Under the pieces are notes generated by a model that ran no database searches, had not been told where the DNA came from, and saw nothing but the letters and a program-made list of their open reading frames with translations. From Antedon mediterranea (taxonomy: Eukaryota; Animalia; Echinodermata): DNA of 64,000 nt. Location: NCBI RefSeq assembly GCF_964355755.1, contig NC_092671.1, positions 34,606,304 through 34,670,303 of the forward strand, given 5' to 3'. The translations under genes and the position numbers were made by a program. Of this stretch, positions 13,962-26,709 are shown piece by piece; position 1 is the stretch's first letter; every line of letters starts with the position of its first letter.

Positions 13962-16900
13962 TTAACTGTTTTATGGTTGTTTAATCAATTCTTTAGGTAA
14001 AACAACCAAGTACAAGCTTTTAGCTTTTTGTGGATGGGCCTTTTCATCTTTTTTGTATTTTATTCTTTTTTTATATATATTTCTCTTTTGGATGAATAAA
14101 ATTCAATTTACTGCAGTAGAATAGTGTTGACATGGTCCCTAAATATTTATCAAAATTGAGGAGCTGAATGTATAAATCTGCACGGGTATTTTGTTTCATG
14201 GAATGGAAGGCAGTGTCATTTTGGAACATCGTATCAAGAATTGTACTGCACCATATTCCGTTCCATGAAACGGTGTGAATGTCACTAAAGGATACGCAGT
14301 AACAATTCAGGTCAGAGTGCAATGTTGCTTACAATGTAGACGCCACTGCAACCGATTGAGCTCCGCTATTGTTACAAGTTGTTTACTGTGAACTGAAGGT
14401 ATTCAAACCTAAGAGTCCATAACAAAATATCCATATAAGTACAGTGCCTACTGTATACAATCTCAAGGATGTTGTTTGTACCATAAAACAAGTCAAGTCT
14501 ATTCATCCCACACCTACAGTAGGCTCTAATTATATTTCTATTCCTAATCTTGGCTACTGTACGAAATGTAAAAAGGTCATTACATTGTATAGAAAAGAAT
14601 GATAAAGCAAAAATATACGTATTTCAATGGATACACCAATAACCAATCAAGGATGCCTATTCTATATCATGTGTTAAGTTTTCAGTAAATGAAAACAAAT
14701 GATTTGTGCTTCTTTATTGAATTTAGTACATTTCGTGCTTAATCAAACTACTGTAACTGTAACTGTAAACTTGTAAGTTTTGGTGATCACTTTGAAATCG
14801 TTGCATTGTATTGATTGGAATTAGTGACCACAATAACAATTAAAACCATGCAAAAAAAATCTCTTCTTTTTTTTTTTTTTTGGTTTTTTGACAATGCAAC
14901 AATAACTTTGACAATGCAACAATAACACTGACAATTCTTTTAATTCTTTTTATAACAGTTAGTCTATTTTTGGTATAATTTAAAAGTATTCAACTAATAA
15001 CTGAATTATGTACTGTATGCCTATGCTATAAAAAATGACAAATTTATCTGCTTCCAATCCCCTTTGGTATACAGTATAATCCAAGGGCCTACATTCTTTC
15101 CACCACCAGGATATAAAACATGTTTAAGCATGGATGAAGAAGTAGTTAAAAGTAAAAAATTTCTGGATATTTTACTTGGTGCATTGAAACCGGTCTAAAT
15201 ACAGTACTGTATGTACTGTAGCGTGATGTATTTCTTTTACTGTGTATTTTTTTAAGTTTTACCATCCTCAATGGTTTTACTAAATAAAAATTGTCCATAT
15301 CCATTGAACTACTGTACATTCACTGGTCCAACAATTACTGTATTGGTTCCCATGCAACTACTGTACATACAGTACAGTAGGCATAACATGAGAGAGTTGA
15401 GAATCACAAACAACAGTTCAAGTGACCCATCGTGATCGGTCAAAATTACTTGCAGCGCGCTTACGTCCTGCCGTTGTCTGGAAAGCAAGCTTGAACTTTT
15501 TTAGTTCTGTTTTACGTAACGCATGACAATTACGGTAGTCTTTATACAGTATGTCATAAACAAACAGAAACACAAAACACACAGATAGGATAATAAATAC
15601 AGTATAAATTCAACAGCAAATAAAATGGAATATTGACAATTTTTGGAGACCAGTGGTTTAATCTCATTGTAAACACTAATAAAATAAGAAAAATAAAAAG
15701 CAAAATAACCAGAAAGAAATGCCACAAGATTTCAGAAAACAATAAAGGTATTGATCGGGATAAGAAAAAAGAATATAAAAGAATAACCAGGATTTGTAGA
15801 AGGAACCACACTAACTTCAATAAAAATAATATACAGTACATTTATATGCAACAATTCCTAGAAATTATAAATGGTAAGGTATTTTTAATTATTCAATATT
15901 TAGTTGGGTTACAAAAAAAAGAATGTAAAGAATAACCAAAATTTAGACTGTTAAAACTACTTTAATAAAAACAACATTTAATATTCAAGTATGCAATAAT
16001 TGCTCGAAATTATAAATGGTACTGGTACTTTTGATATTTATTCAATTTTTTTTTTTATTTTTTTTTTATAATGAATGAATATTAATCAAAGGCAGAAGAC
16101 ATAAACAGATTCTGCACATGTCATTCTATCAGTTTTATACAAACATTAAAAGTAAGTAATATAAAAAGTTCAACAATTGTGTCATCCAAAACAAGTAGGT
16201 ACAGTAGTTGCTATGTGACAACTTTTAAAATACGCCTATTGTATCGTTGGGTACTTAAATCATAACAGATTCTCTTTTTTTTGTAATGTTGCTGTAAAAT
16301 ATTTGGTGAGTTGAAGAAAATGAATAATATAATCTTACAAATGAAAATTAAAAAATGATATTGCTTACTGTAATGTAACGATTGCCCAAAATGGGGAACA
16401 GGTCATAAATAACATTTTATACCTACTGCAACATGTTTGATTGTGAAAGGTGACTTACCACATAAAATATGTTGTCAATTATGCTATTTAACACCAACCA
16501 TAAACGAATATGTGTTAAAATATCTATTTTAAGAAATAGACATTTTTGGGTTGTATCATAAAAACACAAATATTTTTTTTAAACATACTATTCACAGAGT
16601 TAAGATTTCTCAACAGACCCATGGATAAATTAACTGTCCATATAATACATTACTATTTCCAAAACTGAAAGTTAGTTGCTATGTGAGTTAATAACGTCAC
16701 TTACATTTATTCCATGATATACAGTAGTGCACTTAATAGCAAGATGAAAGGCCCATAATAAATAACTTAAATCTGGTCTAGTGAAGTCAAGAGCTATAAA
16801 ATATTTTCACACGAAAAAACCTTTTGAGCTAAGCCTTTCAACAACTTTCCCAAATTCCATAAACAAATTTCATTTTAAAAATAAAGTTTAGATAAGTCAC

Positions 16901-17553
16901 CTAAATAAAATAAAAACTTGGGGCAATCTATCTGTAATTAATTCTACTTGGCCATAGTATCTCAGGTATTCACTGGTCTAGACAGGATTAGTATAATACT
17001 TTCAGACATTTTATAAAACAAAAATTCCGATAGAAGGAGTAATGTAATTTATGAGTATTTTCCAAAATTTGTGGTATACCACTGTGGTTCCTAAGAAAAT
17101 TTAAATAAGGTTGAGAATGTATCTGTACAGTATATTAATTCTTCATGAAGAATTAATATATATGATCATTTTTGTCTACTACTACTACTACTACTTTAAC
17201 ATTTAAAAAATATAAATATTTTCAATCAACAATTGTAGAAAGCTTATATTGAAAGCAGTTTTGATACAATATACTCTTTCTTGTATTTATGTATTGTTTG
17301 ATAAACATATTTTGTAATGTGTAACTAAATTATTACAATTACAAATAAGAAGAGAAAAATGTATTAATTATTTAATTATGAAAAATGAATTATTTAATTT
17401 TGTCCATTTAAAAATTTGTTTTGAAAACAGAATTCTGGTGTAAGTTTGTCCTTAAAGTTTTTCTATTATTTAATTTTAAATATTTAATATTAAAGATTAG
17501 GAAATATCATTTGGTATATATTATATTATTGACAGTACTGTATAAATACTCAC

Positions 17554-17761
17554 TAATTGTTGATGGTGACACCGTAGAGGTCTTCACAGTATGAGTAGAG
17601 GTACTCACAGTATGAGTAGAGGTACTCACAGTAGAGAGAGTCACAGTAACATTTAACTTGCTTGCCTGCGTTACTGTAACAGGTATCCTAGTAGTAGTTT
17701 CATTATTCTGGCAGTTTCCCAAGGCAGCTAATGCCAGGCAACTGTAAACTAACGTCCACAT
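17554..17761 (-). CDS. Putative alternative first coding exon (signal peptide plus Ser/Thr mucin stalk) inside the LRP2 intron
   Basis: aagATG start; MWTLVYSCLALAALGNCQNNETTT...STI; ends A|gtgagta (phase 1), in frame with exon 8448-8579. Confidence 0.7.
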
Positions 17762-18337
17762 CTTGTTCACCTATCCAGCAGGGATGATCACAATGTAATG
17801 ACTAGATCACTAATAAAACTCCTCTGGAATAATATCTAGCTACCATACAATGATCTGAATGGAGCCAGCCAGTGACAAGGAACATATGACTGTCACTTTT
17901 TATCCCTTGTTAGTGTTGACCCGAGTGATTATGAATACTCTACTTGCTTTTGTTGTAGTCTCACAATCACTATTCATAGCTAACCAGCTATAACACAATA
18001 GCATCTACATATAACAATTAGCAGAGGATTGAATACACAATACATTATGCTATTCATTCCACACCTCAGGAGGAAATGCATAATTTTACTTTGTTTTATA
18101 GTTATATTTAAAAACATTATATCAAAATGATTGTAAACATTATACAGCAAACAAATTAATCATTATAAGAAATATATTTTGGTATAACTACATAAAAAAT
18201 GGAAATAATATTAAGAGAATGGTTTCTTCCATTATTGTTATGATGAATCATCTACCTTAGAATTCTAATTGGTATTAATTTTTGCAACCGTTGGCAACAG
18301 ACAACTCCATTTTCCTGTAGGGATGCCAAGTAATCTG

Positions 18338-18835
18338 TGCATGAGTACACTACTGTACATTCATAACATAATTCTCTATAGTCATACAGGTACACAAAAA
18401 ACATATATTTGAGTATAAAAGCGTACCTTTATTATTAGGCTTAATTGTAGTCAATTTCATGCAACATTTTATTTACATTTTTCCTATTTCAAATTGCTGT
18501 TCTTTGTTTTCTATTTTTGTTTACATGTTTGTATTTGTGGAAATTAAATTAATAAATTATTTCTTTAAATAAAAGGGTAATAGTAGCAATGAGTACACCA
18601 CTGTACATTCATAACAGTATTCTCTATGATCATACAGGTACACAAAAACCTTGAATATAAGCATACCCTTGATATTTGGTTTATGTAGTCAATTTCATGC
18701 AACATTTTACTGACACTGTTTCAAATTGTTGTTGCCACAATTTGGCAGATTTTTTTTGTTTTCTATTTGTTTACACGTTTGTATTTTTGTAAATTACATA
18801 AGTTATTTCTTTAAATAAATAAAATAATATTGTAA
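18338..18835. repeat. Tandem duplication, about 250 bp x2
   Basis: atgagtacac.actgtacattcataaca...tcaatttcatgcaacatttta...ttctttaaataaa occurs twice. Confidence 0.8.
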
Positions 18836-19227
18836 TATAAATATTTTCTTTTCTCTAACTATGTTGACGGGCTATTAAATAGCGAAAGAGGCAAACTTAA
18901 TTGTATATTGAATCATGTGTCTTAACACAGTCAAATGAAAATATTTTACAATTTATATCAAGAAAGTATATTTTACTAAAGCTACAAGAATTAAGCCTAA
19001 TGTTTTTATTCAATTCTGAAATCTCATAAATAATGCTACAAAAATGGATGCATTAATTAATAATTGATTAAAACATAGAGATAGTATAGTAAACTATAAT
19101 ATCTTTATGAAGTACTTTAATGAAATTTTATCCGATGTAAAATAAATTATTAAATGCACTGCACCTATTTAAAAAAAAAAACTTCTGTCTTTATCTTTAG
19201 AATATAATACTAAATAAAGATTGTCAT

Positions 19228-21210
19228 ACTATTGATAACATATTTATTTTAGACACAATTGTTAACAAATATCTCTCAAAAAAACGAGGAACTGTGTACA
19301 TGGCGTTTATAGATTTAAAACGCGCTTTCGATTCTATTAGACACGATTTCCTTATAAGTAAACTAAGAAAATCTGGTATAAAAGGTAAAATAATCAAAGT
19401 TATAAAAACAATGTATAGTAAACTAAAAGGGCATGTAAAGGTTGGCAACAAAATTGGAGAATCCTTTAAATGTGAAGTAGGAATACAACAAGGGTAACCT
19501 TTATCTTCATTATTATTTAATATTTTTATTAATGATATAACGGAGTTATTACATACTGCTGAAAATCGAAACAATATAAAAATTGATAACATAAATATTA
19601 ATCACCTACTGTATGCAGATGATCTTGTTTTAATCAGTGATACAGTGTACTCATTACAAGATCTTTTAAATAAATTAGCATATTATTGTAATAGGTGGGG
19701 ATTGGTAGTTAACATTGACAAAAGTAAAATAATAGTATTTAAACAAAATGGAAAACTTAAGAACTACGAAAAGTAGAATTATCTTGGTAAAGAAATTGAA
19801 ATAGTAAAATCTCTTAAATATCTTGGAGTCACTTTCGATTGTTCAGGAAATTGGGAAAAGGCCAGAGAACAAAATAATACACAGGCTAATAAAGCACTTT
19901 TCTCGCTCAAAAATATAGTATATCAGAAATATGGAAATCTACAAGTGAATATTTGGAACTACTTATTTGATGTTAAAATAAACCCAATTATACTGTATGG
20001 TAGTGAAATATGGGGAAAACTAAACAACAACAAAATTGATGATATTCAAAATAATTTCTGTAGATATGTTTTAGGGGTCGGGAAATCAGCCACAAATGTT
20101 TAGAGGAGAATGTGGCGAGCGGTTAAGACAGTGGAACCGTAATTACGTAGCCATAACATCGGCAGGGTTCGAGGCTCACTCACTCCATGGTTCTGGTGGT
20201 AGAACGAGTCTTCTCGGATAAGGACTATAAACCGTAGGTCCAGTGTACACATCTAGCTCGTGTGCACTTTAAAGAACCTAGTACATCTTTCGAGACGAGT
20301 AGGGGGTTACCCCGGTGTATTAGTACATCACAGCCACTGATCACCAACTGGGCCCTTTGGGAGACCAGTCTTTGACTGAAGAGGTTACCCAGTATAAATA
20401 TAAATTTCAATTCAATTCAATTCAATCGAAAGTTTACTCAATGTTATCCGTTATTGGGTAAGACTAGTAAATAAGAAATGTTATAAATCTCAACTTCATA
20501 AAGTGCAAAATAATAGTAATTGTTGGGTAAGCGATGTAAAACATATGTTATGCTATATTGGTCATGGAAACATATGGTTTTCACAAAATAATGTCCTTGA
20601 TAAATTTTGTATAATTACCGTAATAAAATAAAAGAAAGGCTAACCGATATGGAACGCCAATCCTTTCATGAAAGCATAAATATTTCTTCAAAATTAAGAT
20701 ATTATAAAATGTTCAAAAACAATTTTGGAGTAGATGGATACTTACTACAGACCCTTGATACTAGTATAAGCGAGCTTTAAGTCAACTAAGACTGGGCACA
20801 CTTCAACTAGAGGTAGAAAAGGGAAGGTGGAAAAGAATAGAGCGCAGCAATAGGTTATGTAAAATAAATGAAGTTGAAGATGAATATCATTTTGTTACGG
20901 TTTGCTCTCGTTACAAGGAAATCAGAAAAAAATGTATACCTTCTTTATTTTTTGAAAATCCAAGTACTTTTAAATTCTGCCGTTTAATGTCATAACAGGA
21001 TCCAATAATTATTGATAATCTATCTAAATATATTTATCATGCTTATAAGTTAAGATATATGTTGTGCTTAGAGAACGAAATTAATTAATTCATTTATGTT
21101 GTGACCATAAATTGCTTTATTTTTCAATGTAATTATTATTTTGTTAATTACTAGGGGCCAGAGGCCTAAAGTAAATAAAGTCAGGCGATAAGCCTGAATG
21201 AATGAAATGT
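19228..21210 (+). mobile_element. Decayed non-LTR retrotransposon (RTE-X-like reverse transcriptase and C-terminus), interrupted by a SINE
   Basis: AFIDLKRAFDSI, GIQQG*PLS, LLYADDLVL, KYLG, PIILYGSEIWG, LEVEKGRW...RLCK..EVEDEYHFVTVC; in-frame stops; aataaa then (TGAA)n tail. Confidence 0.85.
20103..20425 (+). mobile_element. tRNA-derived SINE with a Nin/Deu-like central domain
   Basis: A box tggcgagcggtt; B box ggttcgaggc; core cggataaggactataaaccgtaggtcc...taaagaacc...gagtagggggttaccccggtgt; (TTCAA)n tail. Confidence 0.8.
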
Positions 21211-22478
21211 ATTTAATTTGTGTGTGTTTAACAGGTATAAAAAACAATAGCAGTATTTAGTAGGCACTTTGTTTTTAAACTAGTGTACCTTTTCATATAA
21301 TAGTCAAATAAGAACATCAAAGCTATCACCTATTGTTTTACACTAACAAGCACTTTGTGACAGAAATGTGCATTTCACACACTTTAAAGATGTTGTCATC
21401 CAAAATGAAGATTAATCAAATCAGACTTTGAATAGGTTATTTTGTAGTTTTAATAAAGTTAATCACTTCTGTGGAAAGAAAAATGGAAAAAAAAAATCAC
21501 TTATAAAATAACATAATAAATGGTTAAATTGAACCAAAAATCTATTGGCTGGCTTAATATTATTATTTATTCAGGCAAAAGATACATTTTACAAAATAAT
21601 ACAAATTAAGCAAACATGACACAAGAAGAAAATACAGTTTTTTCAGGTAAATAAATTTATGTTTGATCCAATTGTTGGTAAAAGCAAAAAAAAACATTTA
21701 AAAACAATATTTTTTATTAGTAAAAAGGTTCATCTGGATCACTGTATAGTATATTAAGAGGAGGCCCCGACAATCCCATTTGGGAAAACCTGAACGATCT
21801 ATAGATGGCCCTATACCATATACGAGATCTAATGGTAACAAGTCCAAGTCACAGAGACTCACTCATGATTAAGCTGCGTCGTTGACCAGCGAAAGATAGA
21901 GTAAAAAACGTAAGTTTACGAATTTTATTCGACTTTGGATCATCCAAAAGAAAATTTACTATTTAAAATATTTTTTATTTCAGGGAGACAATACATCTTT
22001 AATTGTTTGGTCTAAATTGTTATTATAATGTGATGATTATGTCTATTTTTAAAGTCAACACTACAGCTGGTAGTAAAGACAAGTGTCACTTTACTTTAAT
22101 ACTTCTTCTTTATATTCTTTATGTTTAGTGATCGTTAAATAAACATGAATTGAGTGTCAACATTTGGTAATGCACCCATCATTTTTTATCATTTTTAGCT
22201 CTGGATATAATTATTTTTGTTTATGTTTTTATTTTTTGCCAGCCAAGAATGTTTGGTTTTGAACAAACCTACCTTTAGTGTTATAATGAAAGTGAGTCAC
22301 TCTTATCAATGATGTAATTCAGCATAAGATAATACATAGGGATTTTAATTATCAGTGAATCTATCTCAAATATTTGACCTCTCAAACTCTTTTCTCATTA
22401 AAATAATAAGGTGATGGATTATTGTTTATTTGGTGTTGAATTTTGATTGAGTCATGCATGATTGATATACAATAAATC

Positions 22479-23060
22479 TGGAGGCCATGGTTAAGGCAGG
22501 GAGTTTTTACAACTCCCTGACTCCCTGGTTAAGGTGGTATGGGGAGGGGATAACCTTATGTTTGAGGTCCAACTGGTCTGTGATTTTGGTGAGGCTGAAT
22601 GGTGGAAGGTGAGGAACATAATTGATGCTATAGCCTATAATAAAAGGGGGGCACCATGGTTAAGGTGGTATGGGGAGGGGGATAACCTTGAGGTCTGCTT
22701 GCTCTGTGATTTTGGTGGGGCTGAATGGTGGAAGGTGATAGGGATAACTAATTGATGCTGTAGCCTATACTAAATGGGGGGGGGGGGCACACCATGGTAA
22801 AGGTGGTATGGAGGAAGAGGGGTTATGATAGTGGAAGATATGCACTGATAATATTATGTTCTGCCTGATTGGATTGGGCTAAAAGTGGAAAGGGGATAAT
22901 TCATGGCTAAGTGAGGCTATAGCCTATAATAAATTGGGAGGCCATATTTAAAATAGTATGAGGGAATGGGGTATCATGGTAGAGGTTATATATTAATTAT
23001 GATACTGTATAACCACATAATTGAACCTGGGCTGTGATTGGGTTAGGCAGAATGAAGAAA
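22479..23060. repeat. G-rich tandem repeat, unit about 130 bp, about 4 diverged copies
   Basis: Recurrent ccatggttaaggtggtatggggaggg...gctgaatggtggaagg...gctatagcctata. Confidence 0.75.
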
Positions 23061-23595
23061 GGGGTTTGATGGGAAGGATATGATTGAAAAATTCATGAAA
23101 AGGTTATGGCCAGTAGAAACCTTTAGGTCCTATGATATTTTTTATTTGCAAAAATAATTCACCGTGGCTATAATTAGATTTATTTTACATTGAAACTTCC
23201 TATATTCAATTGTTTTATATTATTTTTTATGTTTAATTTGGTGTAATACTTGCAACACATAATGTTTAATACACAAATACATCTTATGAAACCATTAACA
23301 ACTTCCCCTATTATAGTTTCATTCACCATATTAAGGAATCAATCTATTAAACTATCACCCTATTAAGATATCACTCCATGAAAGTTTACTCTGATGTGAC
23401 CCTAGGCAATTTAAAAATTGTAATGTAAATTAAACATAACATATAAACATGTTTTATCAATTTGTTTGTATTGGTTGTTGATTAGGGTATATTACTGTAT
23501 TTGTTGATGGATCTTTTCTAGTGAATTCATCTTATTAGGTCAGAAGAAAATACATTTTAAACACCAGACCAAACCTTGGTCTTTCTGATGATGAT

Positions 23596-23764
23596 CTGGG
23601 GTGGATCCAAGGGGGCCTCAGAGGCGGATCCAAGGGGGCCCAGCCAGCCCAGGCCCCAGTAAATTTCGCTAATTTTAGTGCAAAAGATAGGACATCAAAT
23701 TAAGCTCAGCCCTTCATTTCACCATTTTTAAGCCCACTATTTCAAAATCATGGATCCGCCACTG
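23596..23764. mobile_element. hAT-like MITE
   Basis: Ends c.ggggtggatcca...tggatccgccactg flanked by atgatgat on both sides. Confidence 0.6.
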
Positions 23765-24795
23765 ATGATGATGATGTGTCCTAACCGCTCAACTACCATA
23801 GTTTAAATTAAAATTAAGACGATAGCTTGAGACAAAAATAATAGATGATAAAGAGAAAAATACTATCCACAACAACAATTTCTAATTTAAATGACATTCT
23901 GTAAATTTGAAGGCTAACTTCTTTCTACAATGGTGTCTGATTTATATCAAATAAAAACCATTGAACTCTAAATATGAACAGCTATTCGCCTGTCTGTAGT
24001 AGCAGAAGGTTAAAACGTTCAGTGGTTTTGGTTGATAGAAGAAAAGTGCACAATACAATAAATGAGGTTTATTGTGAGGGGATTTCATTGTGGAATAAAG
24101 GTAGTTTACTGATCTGGGTAGGCACTGCATTGCTGACTGCTGTGGTTCCATAGAGGGCCTAATCCGAATGTCCTCAATTTCCATTTAAGCTTGAGGACAA
24201 TAATGAATACCTTTACCTTATCCTCCTAAGTGCATTCAAAAGGTTGTATAAAACAGTGGGCACTCATTGACAAAAATGTCATTATTACCCAACATGCAAT
24301 GCATCTCTCCACCAATCTGTCAAACAACTAGGATGTTAGTGAAGTTGACTCAACATCAATGGCTGTCAATCATGATTAATTTTTTAAAAATTGCAAAATA
24401 ATAACTGATTAGCTGGCATACCCATCGATTGGTTTTCTTTTAAACTGTTATACCAAGGCAATCTAACAATGTAACAGGATGTTGAGCTACAGGGCAATCA
24501 AAGGGTTTATCTTTGGTTGCAACATGATCACTTGCACGCCCCTTAACGGACACTGCACACTGCGGAGAAACAGTTACAGTACTGTTTGTAATTTTCACAG
24601 CGAGACATAAGATCAAAGGACTGTTATGTTTCCTGTAGTTAGATTACCTTGGTTATATTAGATGGAGTGGGGGGGGGGGGGTTAAAACTCACATGCCATT
24701 TAACCAGTTTTATTTAAGACTCTTAGCTGAGTAAAATCATTTTCTTAATATCTTCCCCCAAAAAAATAAATAGCTATAAATGTCTGTCAACTTAC

Positions 24796-25028
24796 ATATT
24801 TGTCTGTCTGTTATGAACACGTGTATATCCATTGGCCGTTTATCCAAGTCCTGCACAAGAGTGACCTCATTAGCGCCAGTGTGCTTCTCGGCTCTTAGTA
24901 CTGCTTTCAACGTCCAATCTGTCCAGTATATATAGTTACCATAAAGGGTAAGTGCAAATGGCTGAATAGCCCGCACTACAATCGTCTCACGTTGTGTACC
25001 ATCAAGGTTTGATCGTTCAATACGATCA
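24796..25028 (-). CDS. LRP2: LRP2 exon, propeller 6 end
   Basis: DRIERSNLDG...YIYWTDW...DRQI; phase 2-1. Confidence 0.93.
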
Positions 25029-26382
25029 CTAAGAAAATGAGAAAATGATATAAATGTAATTTATTTTTTTAATTACTGTATATGTTTTATAGATAAAATA
25101 ATAATAATAATAATAATAAAAGGGGTTTGGAATTCAGACTCATCTTTGAGTATATTCACGAAGCAGGATCTCCATAAATATTTTTGTTTTCATTTTAGGA
25201 ATACAATAAGTGAGTTCATTCACTGTCCTTCTGAAAAGGTCACAGCACTGTGTTTACAAGACAAACATATAAACAGGATGTGCTACACAAAGTCTCTTGT
25301 AGTGATGTTGTTATTGTCATGAGAAAAAAAAAATCCTGGCAGTATTTGAACCAAAGACTTTGCAATCTGTCACCAAGCATCTTACTCCTTCTTTACATAC
25401 CTCCGAGGCTCCATGGTTATATGGATAAGTAGTTTACATTATAAGCAATCAAAATGTAATAATACTGGTAGTAATACAGTATTGTTTATTTTTGAATAAT
25501 TTTGTTGACTATTCATGTTAAAAGCTCTAACATCATATTTACATTGTGATTGTGTATTATATCATAATCAGACTAGCTTTATTGTTTGTTTGTCTTCTTT
25601 TGCCATTATATAAACAAGGAACAAGAAGCAATCATGTGGTTTTCTATTTGAATGTTGTTTTACAAATTTATGTCAATTCAGGTTATGTAAATATTCATTC
25701 AATTCTCGGTACTACTGTATCTAAATTTGTCCAGTATCATACGCAAATTCTTTGATACAGCATATTATGTGTTTCACATGTGACACCTATATCATAGGCT
25801 CTAACCTAAACTTAACATGATACATGATACATGAGATGCTGTATTACAGAACTTACCTATGATAAGATTCAATGTTCGACGATAGCTCTATACTGTACCT
25901 TTGTTTTGAATGTTAATAATTTGTAATCGTTTTATTAACCATATTTTATCATTGGGCTATAGCATTTGTGCAATTATTGTCTTTTACTCTCCTAATTATG
26001 CCAAGTAAAATGAATTTACATTTTATGTGGACAAATAAAATGTCTTGAATCTTGAATACTGGAATGATACTGTTATACATGGAGATTTAGAGTAGCATTG
26101 ATTCAGGTGGTCACAGTGAGAATTAACAAACTGAGTATAATATAAGGTGAAGGGTTGCAAAACTGCATGATTTGGGTTTCAAAATGTACTGTACGCTTCC
26201 ACTAAATTGACCAATTATAAACACACATCAATAAGGTTTATCATAAATAGCTTAATTTCACGAGGAACGTCATTACACAATGTATAATGGGAAGGGCTTG
26301 GAGAAAGAAGTAAACAAACAACAAATCATGTACATACGCATCATGAGGTTTGCTTCCAAATCCTTCCCATCATGCGCAGCGC

Positions 26383-26430
<48 letters not shown>
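26383..26430. repeat. (TA)n microsatellite
   Basis: Directly visible. Confidence 0.95.
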
Positions 26431-26432
<2 letters not shown>

Positions 26433-26443
26433 TATATACTTAC

Positions 26444-26602
26444 TGATATGCATCTGCCCAGTAAAGTTTAGATTCTTCGTAATCAATGGTCAGTCCATTC
26501 GGCCAGGTTATGTCCGTATCAATAAGTGTTTCTCTATAATGACCGATTATTGACGCTCTTTCTATTTTCGGTTCTGCTCCCCAATCAGACCAGTACATTC
26601 TC
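26444..26602 (-). CDS. LRP2: LRP2 exon, propeller 6
   Basis: [15 protein letters not shown]...[19 protein letters not shown]; phase 2-2. Confidence 0.93.
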
Positions 26603-26709
26603 CTGTTTAACAATAATCATAATCAATAATAATCAGTTATTAAATTAAAATAATAAAGGCATTTCAAAAATGAAGATACAAAGACCAAAATATTTTATCA
26701 CATAAATGA

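Noticed and set aside
15501-15935. Overlapping hydrophobic and Lys-rich ORFs
   Set aside because: Artefact of A-rich low-complexity sequence; no convincing splice context.
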